The notes under the pieces were generated by a model. It did not search any database. It was not told the origin of the DNA and saw only the letters and a program-made list of their open reading frames with translations. 64,000 nucleotides of DNA. Origin: Camelus ferus. Its lineage: Eukaryota. Below are positions 12,721-26,277 of the stretch, in pieces (the stretch's first letter is position 1; each line of letters opens with the position of its first letter). Position numbers and translations under genes: made by a program. Location: positions 92,940,001 through 93,004,000 of the forward strand of contig NC_045697.1 in the NCBI RefSeq assembly GCF_009834535.1, written 5' to 3'.

Positions 12721-14681
12721 CATATATACCTGTGAAAATAGCATATATAAGTGCAACACGTAATATATGGAGACTGTAGGGAGTCCTTGATAAGTATGAT
12801 GTGCTTTTGGGAATCCCTTGAGATAAACCTCCAGTTCCCCTAGTGTCATGGCGGACATGCTGCAAACTTCAGAACTCTAATATGCAGTGGTCCTTCTGAT
12901 TCTTTCCAGCTGTTTGTCCTTATTTTTCTCTGAGTGAATCTGTTCCTCTATTCAGACTGTGCCTGTAAACCCTGGACACCAACACATGTCACTGTTTTCT
13001 TATGTTTCTTGCCTATTTCTCCTTCCCTAGACTGTCTTCTCATCCACACTCTAGCCAGCGCTCCACGCCTAACGCCAGTTACCTCATTCACCGCACAGAG
13101 ACATCACTTGTTACTGAAGGTCCACCACTATCATCTCCTGCCCTCAGCATTGTCTCCCTGTATAAACTTGTCAGTCTACAAGGATTTAATATTGGGTCAT
13201 TTCTGTCTATCTTAGATCAAATAGTACCATGGTAGAAGCTCTAAGTACAGAGATCCAGATGGTGTTTGAAGGGTTCTGTTATCAAGTTACTGACTTGACA
13301 TTATTATGTATTTTTTCTGGTGTTCTTCACGCCTACCTGTGGTTCTGAGCTTTCATCTACTATCAGTTTGATTCATCCTGGAGAACTTCTTGTAGCTTCT
13401 TTGTAATGTAGGTTTTCTTATGTCTAGGATGAGAGCACCTAAGCCCCCAATATTTACCAGAGCCCTGAGACCCTGCATGGCCCAGAATTCTAACCCCTGT
13501 CCTCCTGTACAATCCAATTGCTGAAATACCTGTTCAAATACTGAAGATTTCTGTTACTTCTGTCTGAACTTAGCCTTGGAAACTTGCCCCATTCAACACA
13601 TTAGAATTCAGGGGAAACAAATTCAAGAGAAAAACCGCATGCCAATTTTGAAACTCACTTCTCTGTTGTTCTCTTTTTTCTAGGATTTTGCTGCTCAAGT
13701 ACCAGACATGTGGGCAACTGCCAAGCCTCCAGGGACAACTCTGTTTACTATCTTTCCAACCCAATGAGACTTCATATTTCTGCTTTGACTCCATCCTTCT
13801 GAGCTGGGAATTGACAAAAGTCTTCAAGGCAAAGAGTGAGGTAATGGAACTCAAATTACTGTGTTTCCTTTTTTCATAGTTGGTAGCCCCTCTTTTACTG
13901 ACTGAAGACAGATGACAACAGCCACCACAAGACTCACTATGTTTGGTTGGAAATTATTGTCTGTATCTTTAGATAACATTTGCTAAACTTGAGACATACC
14001 AATACATACATTATCAATAATTGCCTGTAGATCTCATCAATGTTTGCTTGATTATATACTGCACCAATCCATATTTAAAAGCCTTAAGAAATTTTTAAAA
14101 ACTTTTCATGGAATACAAATCACTGCCATTACAGGTTGGTTGTTCAGTCCATCAACTTGGCTATTTTTTGTTCTTTTTCTGCAAAAGAAATTTCAAAGTC
14201 ATTCAGAGACTGTTAGACAATTTTACTCTAGGTTAAGTGATAAGGAACACATTTTAGCCTCTGTGTATATAGCTACTGCTTAAAATGGAAGCATTTTTGT
14301 AATATAGATTCTGAGTAACAGTAGAGTAAGATTTTGCATAAGAACCACAAAATAAGTATATTTGTATTTCTGGGGAGTACAAAAAATGATCAAACTGGTA
14401 AAATAAATGGCTTTTTGTCAGCTTTTCCTTTTAAAGAGAACTTATTTATTAATAGTTTTTATTTTTTTGGGAAGGATACTGTTGTGCCACTCTCAAAGAT
14501 TTAAAATTGAAATGCTATAAATTGCTTTCGTTAGAGAAAACATAAAGAAGATTTCTAATGGTTAACTAGCAGTTTCCTATGTGCTTCATGAATCAAGCGG
14601 TGCCCTGAAAAATACATTTTGCATGTGCAGGCATGCTGCAAAGCAGATGTGAAGAGATGCGTGATGGTACATGCTGCTTAC

Positions 14682-14713
14682 TTCAGAGCTGAATCTCAGC
14701 GCTTTAACAAAAA
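14682..14713 (-). other. Candidate 32-nt microexon of an unidentified minus-strand gene
   Basis: Minus strand reads ttgtttttctttccattttcag|TTTTTGTTAAAGCGCTGAGATTCAGCTCTGAA|gtaagc. One frame is open (xFVKALRFSSE). Lies in non-repeat sequence. Confidence 0.5.
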
Positions 14714-17307
14714 CTGAAAATGGAAAGAAAAACAATGTTTTCCTATACATCATTAAAAAATACATTAACATATTTATATACAACTGTAAAAGTGTTTTTG
14801 GTTATAATAACATTTGTTAGCCATGGTATTCACATTTCATTAAAAAAGGAAATTATTAGTTTATAATAGCAATATGAAAACACAAACAACTAGAAAAGAA
14901 ATTTTGCAACTGAATAATACTGCCTGTGGCCAAAGGCTTACAATTCATGTCTGTATTTGAGGTGTGAGAAACTGCCCAATTTTCCCCCAGCAGTTCATAG
15001 GAAATGCTTTCAATCTCAGATTTTCACAGATACTTGAATTTTTGAAAACTCCAACAGCACTTAAACAGGTTGCTGTCAAACTTTGCAAATATTTGTAAAG
15101 CTGTGAGCCTTGTAGCAAGATTTTAAGCTCATGTGCCATTTAAAATGGTACTTACTTGTATCCAGAAGAAGAAAAGTCTTGTATAGCTCAAACTTCTCAG
15201 AATCAAAATAAATTAAAATTCAATTTTGGGATTAGGTGAGTGAGAGTTACTGTAAAACATATGCAGAATGCTTATTTTTTAGGTAGAGTTGGCAAATCAA
15301 AACTTTAATTCTATATTTACAGTTATAGACACTAAACAATGTAGCTGGATAGGACCTTCAGAATTTATATTCAACACTTAAATTTTTACCCAAGAAAACA
15401 AATGTAATTTAAATTAGTGAGCTCTGTCTGTATTGATTAGTGACAGGAATGGTGATTTTCTGAATTATTAAAAATTAAGTATAAATATGAAAATTGTTAT
15501 ATGGTAACTATGAAGTAAGCCTACATATCAAATTGATATTTAACTTATCACCTGCTATATTTGAGAGTTGTAATTTTGTGTTTGTATGTAAGATTATTTA
15601 AAAATTAAATCAGAGCAATAAGACGTATCTAAAATAGTTATAAAAGATAGTATATTTATGTCAGTAGTAATAAAATATAGTATACATTTTTCTTCTCTCT
15701 TCTCTTAACTGATTAAAAACAATAAAATGCGGCAAAAAACAGCATTCCTAAAGTTTTATTTGGGGGCCTGTAATGTAAAGACATCATACACTACACTGTA
15801 CAAGGAAAGGAGATAGGAAATGAATTATCCACTAAATTAGATTAAGGAAATGTCACTGTATAGCAACTTATTAATCCACAGGAAAAACTGAAGATAACCA
15901 GGAATGTTAAGTAAGTTGATATATATGTATATATATAACTTTATATTCCTTTTACTTTTGTTTTTTAATTAGTGTTCTCTTGAATAAATTCAATTTTTTT
16001 CTTTCTTTTATGTTACTTGTAAAATGAGGTTGGAAAAAATCTGCTATTTTACAAAGGTTAAATATTGAATAAAGATTAAAATTTTGTGAGAATATGTTAA
16101 AATGGCGATACGTATGCAGAAATGAAAAAGCAACAAAATTATGCCTTATAATTTTGACAGTAATGTTTGGCACTTTCAAATATAAAATAATTGAATCCAT
16201 ATTTTGGGGGAAGAAAAGTTCACATTTAAAAAGTCAAGTAAATAAAGAAAAAATAATAAATATTAAATAATAATAAATATAAAAATAAAAAAATGTGAAT
16301 AGTTCCAGTTCCTTGATCAGAATTTCATGTGTTTCTAACTAATTTCATATTAATTGATGTTATATATAAACCACATTTTAATGTCTAGCTTTTATAACAA
16401 TTTTTAAAATTAATTAACCATGGACACAATTCTACTATGTATATCAGTAGGTTTTTTAGTATCTGTAAGTTGTATTTTATTCCATCTTAATTTTGAAACT
16501 GCGGGTGGTTATGATTCTCTGTTTACTTTGAATGTAGTTTCACTTGACTTACGATTCTGTGTTCAGTATGTTTGGTTAATTTTAGTTTATAAGACATTTT
16601 TTGCTCTTTGTAGAAGTGGCTATGGATACATTTAAAATAGTTATATTAATTTACCTTATCCTTTGATAAGCTAGTTTATATTAACTATTGACTAGTAATA
16701 AAAATACTTACCCATTTGAAGAAAAGTCTCTCTCTTAGGCACCAACATGTCATTTGTTAAGTTATTCACTGCAATTCTAGGCATTCATGTCTTAGAAAGA
16801 CAAGCCTTAAGAACACTCACATACATGCATATACATATAAGATTGTATACATACACTTACCTCCATATGTATAATATATATATACAACAGGAAGAAATAT
16901 ATGTATATTATATATATTATAATTTCTTATTTATTCCATCCTATTGAGCATTTCTTCTAGTTCTTTGTTTTACCTTACTGCATGAAGTCAGTGTAATATT
17001 TAATCAGCAACATATAAATCATATAATCTAAGATCACATATTTGTTTATTTCTATTACTTTGAGATATATTTATCTTTATTATTATTTACAAGGTAATTT
17101 AAAAATGCATACTTCTTGTAAAATCCAAGCAATATGAAGCATATATTATTGAATAAAAACAGAAAGTTTCTTTCATTAGAAACTAATGCTTTCAGTTTAC
17201 TTCACAATTTAAATATGAATAATTATTTTTAGATATATAGAAGCACATTATATACTTGTCATTTTCTTTTAAAAATTTAAATTCTATCTAATATCTGCTT
17301 CTAAAAG

Positions 17308-18135
17308 GTAGCAGGACCTTGTGGGCCCCCACCCCCAACCCCTGACTCTTTTTTATGGAAAAGCTGAAGTCTCCCAGGCCTCCCTGAGTCACAGAAGAGC
17401 AGGCTCAAGCAGTTGATTAGGACAAGCCTGCAGGCACTGGGGGGATGGCAAAGACTCCGGCCACATATCTCAGTGATTAACTGAGATTATTCCTTCAGTT
17501 CCCTTTAAAATGTTCATGGCTGAACAGAATCTCTGGAGATGTTTTTTTTTGCGGGGGAGGCATGTTGGGTTCACCAGATTGCAACCATTCTGGTTTAAAG
17601 CAACTTTCCTTCTTGTTACCAACGCTGTTGCCCCCAGGATCATACCCCTGCCATTCCCTAGACCAGAAACCAATTACTCTTACTCAAGTCTCAGGAGGCA
17701 GTTGTAGAGAAGAAACAAGAACTGGTTAGGATCTGACTTCCAGTGGGCCTTGAGCCTTATTATACACTCACTGTAATGTATTAGAGTGCCAAATGACACA
17801 CCTACCAGCGCCATGACAACAACTGGAAAAGTCTGAACAAGGACTGATTGGCTCTGTCACACCTAGAACGAGGACAAGATGACAGAAGCCTCCCATAGAA
17901 GTCCACGTGTCCCGACCCGGCCAGACCTGTTCCTACCATCCATCTTGGCCAACGGCTCCCCACTCGAGTGCCTTTTCCTTGCTGGAGCGCTTTTCTTCCT
18001 CTTCCCCTTCTGAGCAATAAAGCAGCTGCTCACATAGACCCTCTCTGCCTCTGTTGTGCAAATTCTTTCACAGCCGGTGGCAAGAACCCACACTTTGACG
18101 GGCTTCCTAATTTAGGGGTCCCTCCATCTGCTAAT
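17308..18135 (+). mobile_element. ERV1-class LTR sequence, probably a composite of two LTRs
   Basis: GC-richer block in AT-rich flanks. Contains the ERV1 LTR motif 'gacacacctaccagcgccatgacaac' and AATAAA near 18016. The ends tagcag...ctgcta form a short inverted repeat. Confidence 0.75.
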
Positions 18136-18149
18136 ACCTCAAAATAGAA

Positions 18150-18660
18150 AATTATTTTATCTTTTCCTAAAATTGCACAAATTTCAATTGGGCACAAATA
18201 TACAAGATGTAATTTTGTGACTCTATTACAAGAAATGTTTCTAGAAGTGGAATTTCTGGGTGAAAAGATACAAGTTTTTAAATTTTTATTAGAATGTTAA
18301 AATTCTTTCAAAATATTATATTTATTTCCATTTCCACTATATAATAAATGAGAATGCTGATTTTTCCATATGTTCAACAAGACCAGATTTTTCAAAACTT
18401 TTAACAATCTGATGATGAAAAAAATACTATTTAATTATTTTTATTATATTTCTTGATTGTTACTTAAGCTGATTGCTTTTTAATTTATTTTTTATTAAGG
18501 TATAACTGATATATAACATTATATTTGTTTCAGATGTACAACATAATGATTTGATATTTATATATACTGTGAAGTGATGACCATACATGATTATAAATTT
18601 TTTTTTTGATTGTTCTTTTCACATGTTCATATGTTGTATCTCTTGCTCAATTGCCAACTA
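18150..18660 (-). mobile_element. Old L1M fragment interrupted by a short L1MA-like 3' tail (about 18476-18590)
   Basis: 'cctagaagtggaatttctgggtgaaaaga' is an old L1 antisense motif. 'ttattaaggtataactgatatataacattatatttgtttcagatgtacaacataatgatttgat' is an antisense L1 3' terminus. Confidence 0.7.
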
Positions 18661-21600
18661 TCCTTGGAAAAGTCACATAATATCTATGAGCCTTTATTTC
18701 CTCTTTGAGATAATGGAGGTAATGTGTATTTTAAACACAGGATTATCATTAGAATTCAGTAAGTTCCAATATGTATCACAGCAGATTCCCTAAGTGCTTG
18801 GTAACATAAAACAGATTCTTGTTTGGTCAAAATTGGCAGAGGCTAGGCTCCAGAGTCCATTTGAGGTGGCCACAAAATTCTCTGCCTGGACAGCAAGTGG
18901 AAAGGTAGATAAAACACAGATAAAAACTAAAAACATGACAACAGCAAAACTGAGTTGTTCAGTGTTTAAAATGGGCAATGACAATGAAAAAGGAGAGATG
19001 AGGGAATAATTATGGGCTATTGGCATGTTGGTGGGATAACCTTTCATCTTTCCAAATGTATGATAGTGAGGAATGTCAATAAAGACTTCAGTGATGGAAA
19101 TCAGACCCTCTATTCAGTAGCTAAGTGCCTGGCTGTGTACTCTGCACTATGTAATACATTCGTATTTATAGATCCTGCTTGAATGATTAAGTTTATCTTT
19201 TGATAATATTACTTTAAAAAAACTCCAGATTTTGTATTCTCATAAATCCCTAATTATTCACCATAAAATCATGGTGGAATAGAATATCAAACATAGATGA
19301 CATTCTTACAATATAAGCAGGGATTGGAACTCTTGGTTTTGTTTTAAACTGTAAAATCCTCTTTTCCCTGATTTCTAGCTTCTGGCAGTAATGTATGTTT
19401 GTGATGCTCACAAATTAAAATTTAGTTGAGCTGATTTAATAGAACTAAATCCACAAATTTAATGATGTTTATTTTTCTTAAGAAAATGAATACTAGAAAA
19501 AACAAGTTATGCCAGTTTTTTTTAATTCTGCTATCAAACACCAAAATAAAAGGCCTAATTATTCAGTAAGACTGAGAAGAATGAACAGACTTAAGATTTC
19601 AAAAACTAAATATTCAAAAGAAAAAAGTAGATATTTCTATCTGAAGAGTAATTGAGTTAACTAAAGAAATAAGCAAATGTCCTTGTTTTAGAGTGGTTGA
19701 TAAATCCCTGAGCTATAATGTGGTTGCCAAAACTCTAAATAAACTTCATTACTACATAATAAAACAGCTCAGCTTTAAAATTGGTCAGTTTATTGATTTT
19801 AGTGGCAAGGGATTTGAATGTATTTTCTTTGTTTGCCGTTAATTTCTTGCTTTCTGAAACCAATCTGTTACCGCCAATGGAGGATTATACATGCAGATAT
19901 TATTATAATCAGACATAAAATGAAGTGTGGGCTCTTGGGGTATTCATATAAATTACAAAAACAGCTTTTTTATAACCTTTTTCAAGTGCAGAAGGTATCA
20001 GTGTGGGCTATTTTGAAACTTTTATAATTTGTTTGTAATATATTTTCATCAAAATCAGTGAACTTTAATTCACTCAGTTAAATTTCAAATTATAATACTT
20101 GGGTTCGGTCTGCTGTTTGTCACTGTTGTATTTAAATTATTAAAATAAAGTCATACGTTATCTCACAGAAAGCATTATTCTTCTTACTTCTGTTTTTTTT
20201 CCTCTTTATACCATAATATCCTCTCACCAATCAACTTAAATTTAAAAAAATTAGTAATCACAAAAAGCCTTTTTTGAACTCTGTTCAGATACGACTTGTC
20301 CATGTACTGAGTTCCCTACACTGTGTGCTTCTCATGAAATTTACCACATTCTATCCTTTATTGTTGTTTGCATAGAAATCTACTGTTCAATTTTAGATGT
20401 TATGCTCCAGGAAAGAGTATTACAGAGTGTTGAAAGTAAGACCAATACCTGGTAGCATTTTATATTTGTGAGCATATGGTAAGTATTTGATATGCCAGTT
20501 TTCATTCTAAATCCTATCCCGATTGACATATAAACTCATAATCAGGTTGTTTTAAAATTATTTAAACACAGGATCACATTCCTAAGTTTCACATTAAAGC
20601 ATTCTGTGGTTGTAATCTTATCTAGCATTTAAGAGACAGTGTACAAAACGTTTCCTTCAGTCAAACATACTGGTTATCAATCACATATCAATTCAGTATC
20701 ATTTCTCACTATTTTCAAGCACTGAGGCACTTTCCTTCTCTAATATTTATTTTGTAATCTTTTTGTAATTTATTTTGTAAGCTTTTCATGGATACTCTTT
20801 GTTTAGCATTTCATGTACGCCCTTTTGTTTTCCTAAGTTAGAGATTATGCACTTCCCCAATTTTATATCTGCTATGGAATTCATTAGTATCTAATTCGTA
20901 GGAGAAAGTCAATAAATGATTGTTGAGTCACTGATTTTGTAAGAAGTAAGTAGGATTTCTATGAGAAAGAGCCCTGAATTAAAAAAAAAAAAAAAAGATG
21001 CTATTAATGGCTCTAATTCAAACTAACTGCAAAATCATGCAATCTCCTTAATCACAGCTTCCTCATTTTATAAATATTATTAATGAATATTATTTATAAA
21101 TATTATTAAAATTGAATGTCTTAACAGTGAGTGTTTGAGAAACCAGTAGAATAATATAGGGAAATTACATGGCTCTAAACCATTAATTTAATTGTCATTA
21201 TGATTTGAATGTAAATATTTTAATTTCAACTTTACTATAAGGAGTATTAGATAAGTTTGTTTTTCTTAGAATAGTTACTGAAACAATAATTTCCAGCCTT
21301 AAAAAAATATAGCCAGTGTTTTATTAATGGATATTATAGTTTAGTTATCAAAATAAGTTATTTATAGAGTCTTCTGCCAGTTTTTTATCCCTTTTCAATA
21401 ATTTCAGTATCTTCATTTCATGTACATAAATTTCCCAGTTGTATTCAAATAAATACATGATCTGTCTGTTTGCTCTGTCAGAGTAGCATACTGTGTGAAC
21501 AGTCCTGAAGTCTTACCGCTCTTCGTTGAAGCACTCTTTTCTGGCAGATTTTCTATGTGTTTGCTGACACTGGCCATTAAAGTGATATTTAAAAATTTTT

Positions 21601-21858
21601 ATTTTACTAAGTTGTAACTGAGAAAAAATAAGCCACCTACCTTAAATCAAAGCAGGAATGCATTGACAATATACTTTCTACATAAACTTCTAGAAAATCT
21701 GCAATATTAAAAAGTTTTTATATATTGTAGTGAAGATTGTGACAGTGATAAACATTATTTTTGTTCCTACTAAAAGTCAGAGGTATGTCAGGCACTTTTT
21801 ATATTTGTACCACTCAATAATTCTTCAAAAAAAAAATGACCATGACCTCTTCCCCCCA

Positions 21859-21887
21859 ATAAATAAATAAATAAATAAATAAATAAA
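21859..21887. repeat. (AAAT)n microsatellite
   Basis: Directly visible. Confidence 0.95.
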
Positions 21888-22049
21888 GCTCAGAGAATTT
21901 AAGTCACCACCTAAAAATATCCTCGTTGTAGATAGTAAAGATCAAAGCAGGGGTCTCTTTGCCACTCTGAATAACTGGCTTTATGATATGACTAGTAAAC
22001 TGATTTTTCAATTAAATAAAATACGACATTTAAACATAAATAAATTATA

Positions 22050-25000
22050 AATGAAGGGGGGAGATAAAATGGAATTGTATAAAATACAGATTTAAATCAT
22101 CTTTGAATCAGAGATGACAAGAAATGGGAGGCGGAGAAACAAAAGAAAATGTGGAGAATACCAAATAGTTACAAAGATGTAAATATTAATCCAACTATAT
22201 CAATAACCACTTAAAATGTAAATTGTCTAGAAATACCAATTAAAACACAATTTTAAAACAAATTAAAACATATGACCCTCAGAAACATACACATAACAAA
22301 TTCTTAATAAAATGTCAGAAAATAAATCTAGCCATGTACAGAAGATTATGTCAAGACCAAGTGGTGTTCCTTCCATCAATACAAGGCCACATCAACATCC
22401 AGAAACCATTAAAACTATTCATCATATCAATGACTGAATAAGAAAAACTGTTCATATCGACAATACAAAAAAAACTCTCAATAATAATCATCATGCACTC
22501 ATGATAAAAACTTAAAAAAAATTAAGAATAGAAGGGAATGACCTCAGCCCAATAAAGGGAATATTTGAAAACCCTAAAAACAACATGAAACTTAATGGTA
22601 AGAAATAGAACTCTTCCCCTTAAGATCAGGAACAAGGCAAGGATGTATTCTCTCATCACTCCTATTCAACATCTTACTGGAGTATCTAGATAGTGCAAAA
22701 GAAATTTAAAATGATATAAAAAGTATATAAATTGGAGACACCAAAGAATCTACAAAAATCCTGAATCTAATAAGACTATAGCAAGGTGCAGGATAAAATC
22801 TCAATATGTAAAAGTCAATTGCTTTCCTATATGAAAGAAATAAACGATTAGAATTTTAAATTAAAAGAAAACAATACCAACTATAATCACAATGAAAAAT
22901 AAAATTCTTATATGTAAATCTAACAAAATATTTACAGGCTTAGCATGTGAACAACCATAAAACTTTGATGAAATAAAGATATTAAAAAATAAGGAAGTAT
23001 TTTGTACTCATGAATTGTTAGAACCAATAATGTTAATTGTCAGTTCTTTCCAATTTGATGTACAGATTCAATGTGATCCCAATCAAAATGCCAGTAAGTT
23101 ATTTTCCACATGTTGACAAACTGACTTGAAAATGTATATGAAAAAGCAAAGGACAAAGTACCAACGTGATACTGAGGAAGAATGAAGTTGGAACACTCAC
23201 CATGAAATTTCAAGGTTTACTATAAGTCAACAATAATCAAGACAGTATGGTATTGACGAAAGAATAGACTCATGTATTAACGGAACAAAATTGTCCAGAA
23301 ATAACTCACACAGATAGAGTCAACTAATCTTGGACAAAAGAACAAAGGGAATTCAGTGGGAAAAAAGATAGCCTTTTCAAAAAGTGATTCTGATAACATT
23401 ACACAAAAATTAACTTATAGCAGGGATCTAAATGTAAAAGGGAAAATTATAAAACTACCAAAAGAAAAATATGTATACAACCCTGGCTTTGTTGATGAGG
23501 CTTTAGCTACAACTCTACAGAGAATACTTTTGTAAGCTGGAATTTATTAAAATTAAAATTTTGTTCTGACATAGGTACTGTAAAGAGAATAAAAATACAT
23601 ATCACAAGCGGGTAGAAAATATTTTAAGGTAACTTTTCTGATAAAGAACTTGTATCGAAAAACATACAAACATACAAACACTGCAAACTCAAATATAAAC
23701 AAACAACCCAATAAAACATGGGCAATTAATCTGAACAGAAACGTCAACAAAAAGTTACACAGAAGGCAAATAAACATATGAAAAGATGATTATCATTTGG
23801 CATTAGGGAAATGCAAATTAAAACAATAATGAGATATAGCTACATAGCTATTAGAATGCCTTAAAGTCCTCCCTCACCCCTCCCAAAAAAATCAATTACT
23901 GGTGAAGATATGTAGCTGAAAGGACTTGCATTCATTGCTGGTGGGGATGTAAACTGTGAAAGCTACTATAAAATTCAGTTTGGCATTTTCTTTCATAGTT
24001 AAATATATTCTTACCATAGGATCTAGCAATTACACTCCTAGGTATATTCAACAGATGTGCAGACACAAAACCTTGTGCTTGAATGCTTATAGCAGTTTTA
24101 TTCATAATTGCTATAACCGATGGAACTAAGATGATCTTCAGTAGGTGAATGGATAAACAAACAATGGTATATCCATTCACTAGAATATTATTAACAATAA
24201 AGATAAATGAGCTACCAAGCCATGCAAAGAAATTGATAAATCTTAATTGCATATTGTTAAGTTAAAGATGACAGTAGGAAAAGGCCTACATATATGTAAT
24301 TCCATTATAAAAAGTTTTGAAAAGGCAAAAACTTTAGAGATGATAAATTAATCTGTGGTTGCTGGGAATTTGGAGAGGAGGAAGATGATGTTTAATTGCT
24401 GTTAAAGTATTCTGTATGATTACTGTACATGATCCTATGCATTCGTCAAACCCAAAGAAACTACAATAAAAAGAGTGACCCTCAAAGTACACACAATTTT
24501 ATTAAAAAATACTTTAGGAAGTCAAGATATCTCAGAGTGAAGTAAAAACTTTGATAAAATAATTTGACTGGTTTACTTATCTATGAAGTAGCCTAACTGA
24601 AATGGGTGGGAGGAAATGATGCTGAATTAAGTAATTCTGGAAATAAGTTAATAATATAAGACTAAAGGTTAAAAAAAAAAAGACAAGAAAAGCTGTAGAA
24701 AAACAATGTCTTATAGTTGATAAAGTTGTTTCCCATAAATTAACAATTCTCAAACCTTACGCGTATATACTGGTGTTAGGCTACACCCTGCAAGCCTGCA
24801 AGTCCTGTACTTGCCCATCCTCGAGACATCAGGTTGGCTTATTGAGCATCAGGGAAACCAACTAAGGAGCATGCTCCTCACTGCCCCTTTGATAAGCTAT
24901 CATGGTGGAGATGTTCTGATCTAAAAGATGAAAACAATCACTACTTGGGGCCAGGGTCAATATGTAGGAAGGTCAGTCATGTGAGTAGGGTATAGGTGAA

Positions 25001-26277
25001 GTAGGCACTGGTTGAGCAGGGGATGGACAGAAAGCAAGAGAGCAGCCATCTTGGGTGATCTGATCATAAAACTGGGTTTGAACAATTAAAAAACATGTGG
25101 CATGTGAACGGGCTAGATTTTTCACTGTTGGAGTGGGAAGCAACTCACAAGATGGGGGAAGGGTAGAATTATCCATGTGGTACCAGTTTGCAGATGAAAA
25201 CATCAGTACAAATTTAATGTACATATCCAAAAATATTTATGGATATGTATACATACAAGAGTTACTATATGCATTTTTTTTTTGCTTTGTCAGCAAAGAG
25301 AGTCTAGAAACCAGGACACTCCCTTAGCAATTATTTCTTCAGCCCAGGTCTCATTTTTTTTAATAACACTTTCTCATAAAAGAAACCAGAATTTTTCTGA
25401 GAAATGATTGATTCTGTGGCTGGGAAATGGAGTATGTAAGATGAGCCAGAGAGTAAGAAAGTGCTCAAAACAAACCTCACAATAAAGGGGGTATGTCAAA
25501 AGGACACAGGATCTAAATGAAAAAGTTCCCTATCATTGGAAGAATTTGAGAAATAATATAAATAACATTGTGTTGACATAAATAAATCATTGAAAAAACA
25601 GAATAGAATAGAATAGAAAAATCACCCACACAGAAAAAAAAAGTCTTAATAATTTATACAGGCATTGTCTCTCAGGAAAAAGGAACAGTTCTTTCCATCC
25701 CTTAACTATGGGCCATGTACAATGTCTTTAAAAACAAAAGGGAAAAACGTAATGACTTTATGATGGAGACAGCTGACAAAAATAACTAAGTCAGGTGATA
25801 AAGGTCATCATCAATTGTAATAATCATGCTCTTAGCATGTACCCTTGAGAGAATATGATGAGAAGGGTGCTTTGCCTCTAAAATCCTATCCCAACCCTTA
25901 ATCCTAATCTATATTTTACAAATTACCTGACAAGTATCTCTCAAAACAGTCAGGGAGATCACAAATAGTAAAATTTAAACTGTCACAGTCCAGAGAAACC
26001 CAAGGAGACATGATGACTGTGCATAATGTGGTATGATGTATGGGTTCCTGGAAATTAAAAAAGGCATTAGGTGAAAACTAATAAACCTTGAAAAACTGTA
26101 GACTCTAGATAATAATCATGTGTCAATATTGGCTCATTAGTTGCAACTAATGACATGTACTAATGTGACAAGTAAGATGGTAAACTGAACAAGGAATAGT
26201 GGGTACTCTGTACTATTTTCACAAATTTTCTGTAAATCTAAAACTTCTAAAGAACAAACATTTATTTAAAAATTAAA
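22050..26277 (+). mobile_element. Old L1MC-like LINE-1 (degenerate ORF2 plus long 3' UTR), interrupted by an LTR
   Basis: ORF2 start-like 'tcaataaccacttaaaatgtaaattgtcta' near 22200. RT motif 'agatcaggaacaaggcaaggatgtattctctcatcactcctattcaac' ([15 protein letters not shown]) near 22625. C-terminal motifs to about 24250. L1MC-type UTR ends 'tgtaaatctaaaacttctaaag'. Many stops and frameshifts. Confidence 0.9.
24774..25070 (-). mobile_element. Solo LTR (297 bp) inserted in the L1MC 3' UTR with 5-bp TSD ACTGG
   Basis: ACTGG at 24769-24773 and 25071-25075. The minus strand ends ...cctaaca and starts tttatgatcagatcacccaagatggc. L1 UTR resumes on both sides. Confidence 0.8.

Noticed and set aside
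14586..14783. 65-aa minus-strand ORF spanning the microexon
   Set aside because: It runs through a polypyrimidine tract and splice sites. Only the 32-nt internal segment looks exon-like.
15140..15230. Minus-strand donor CAA|gtaagt near 15156
   Set aside because: No convincing acceptor upstream.
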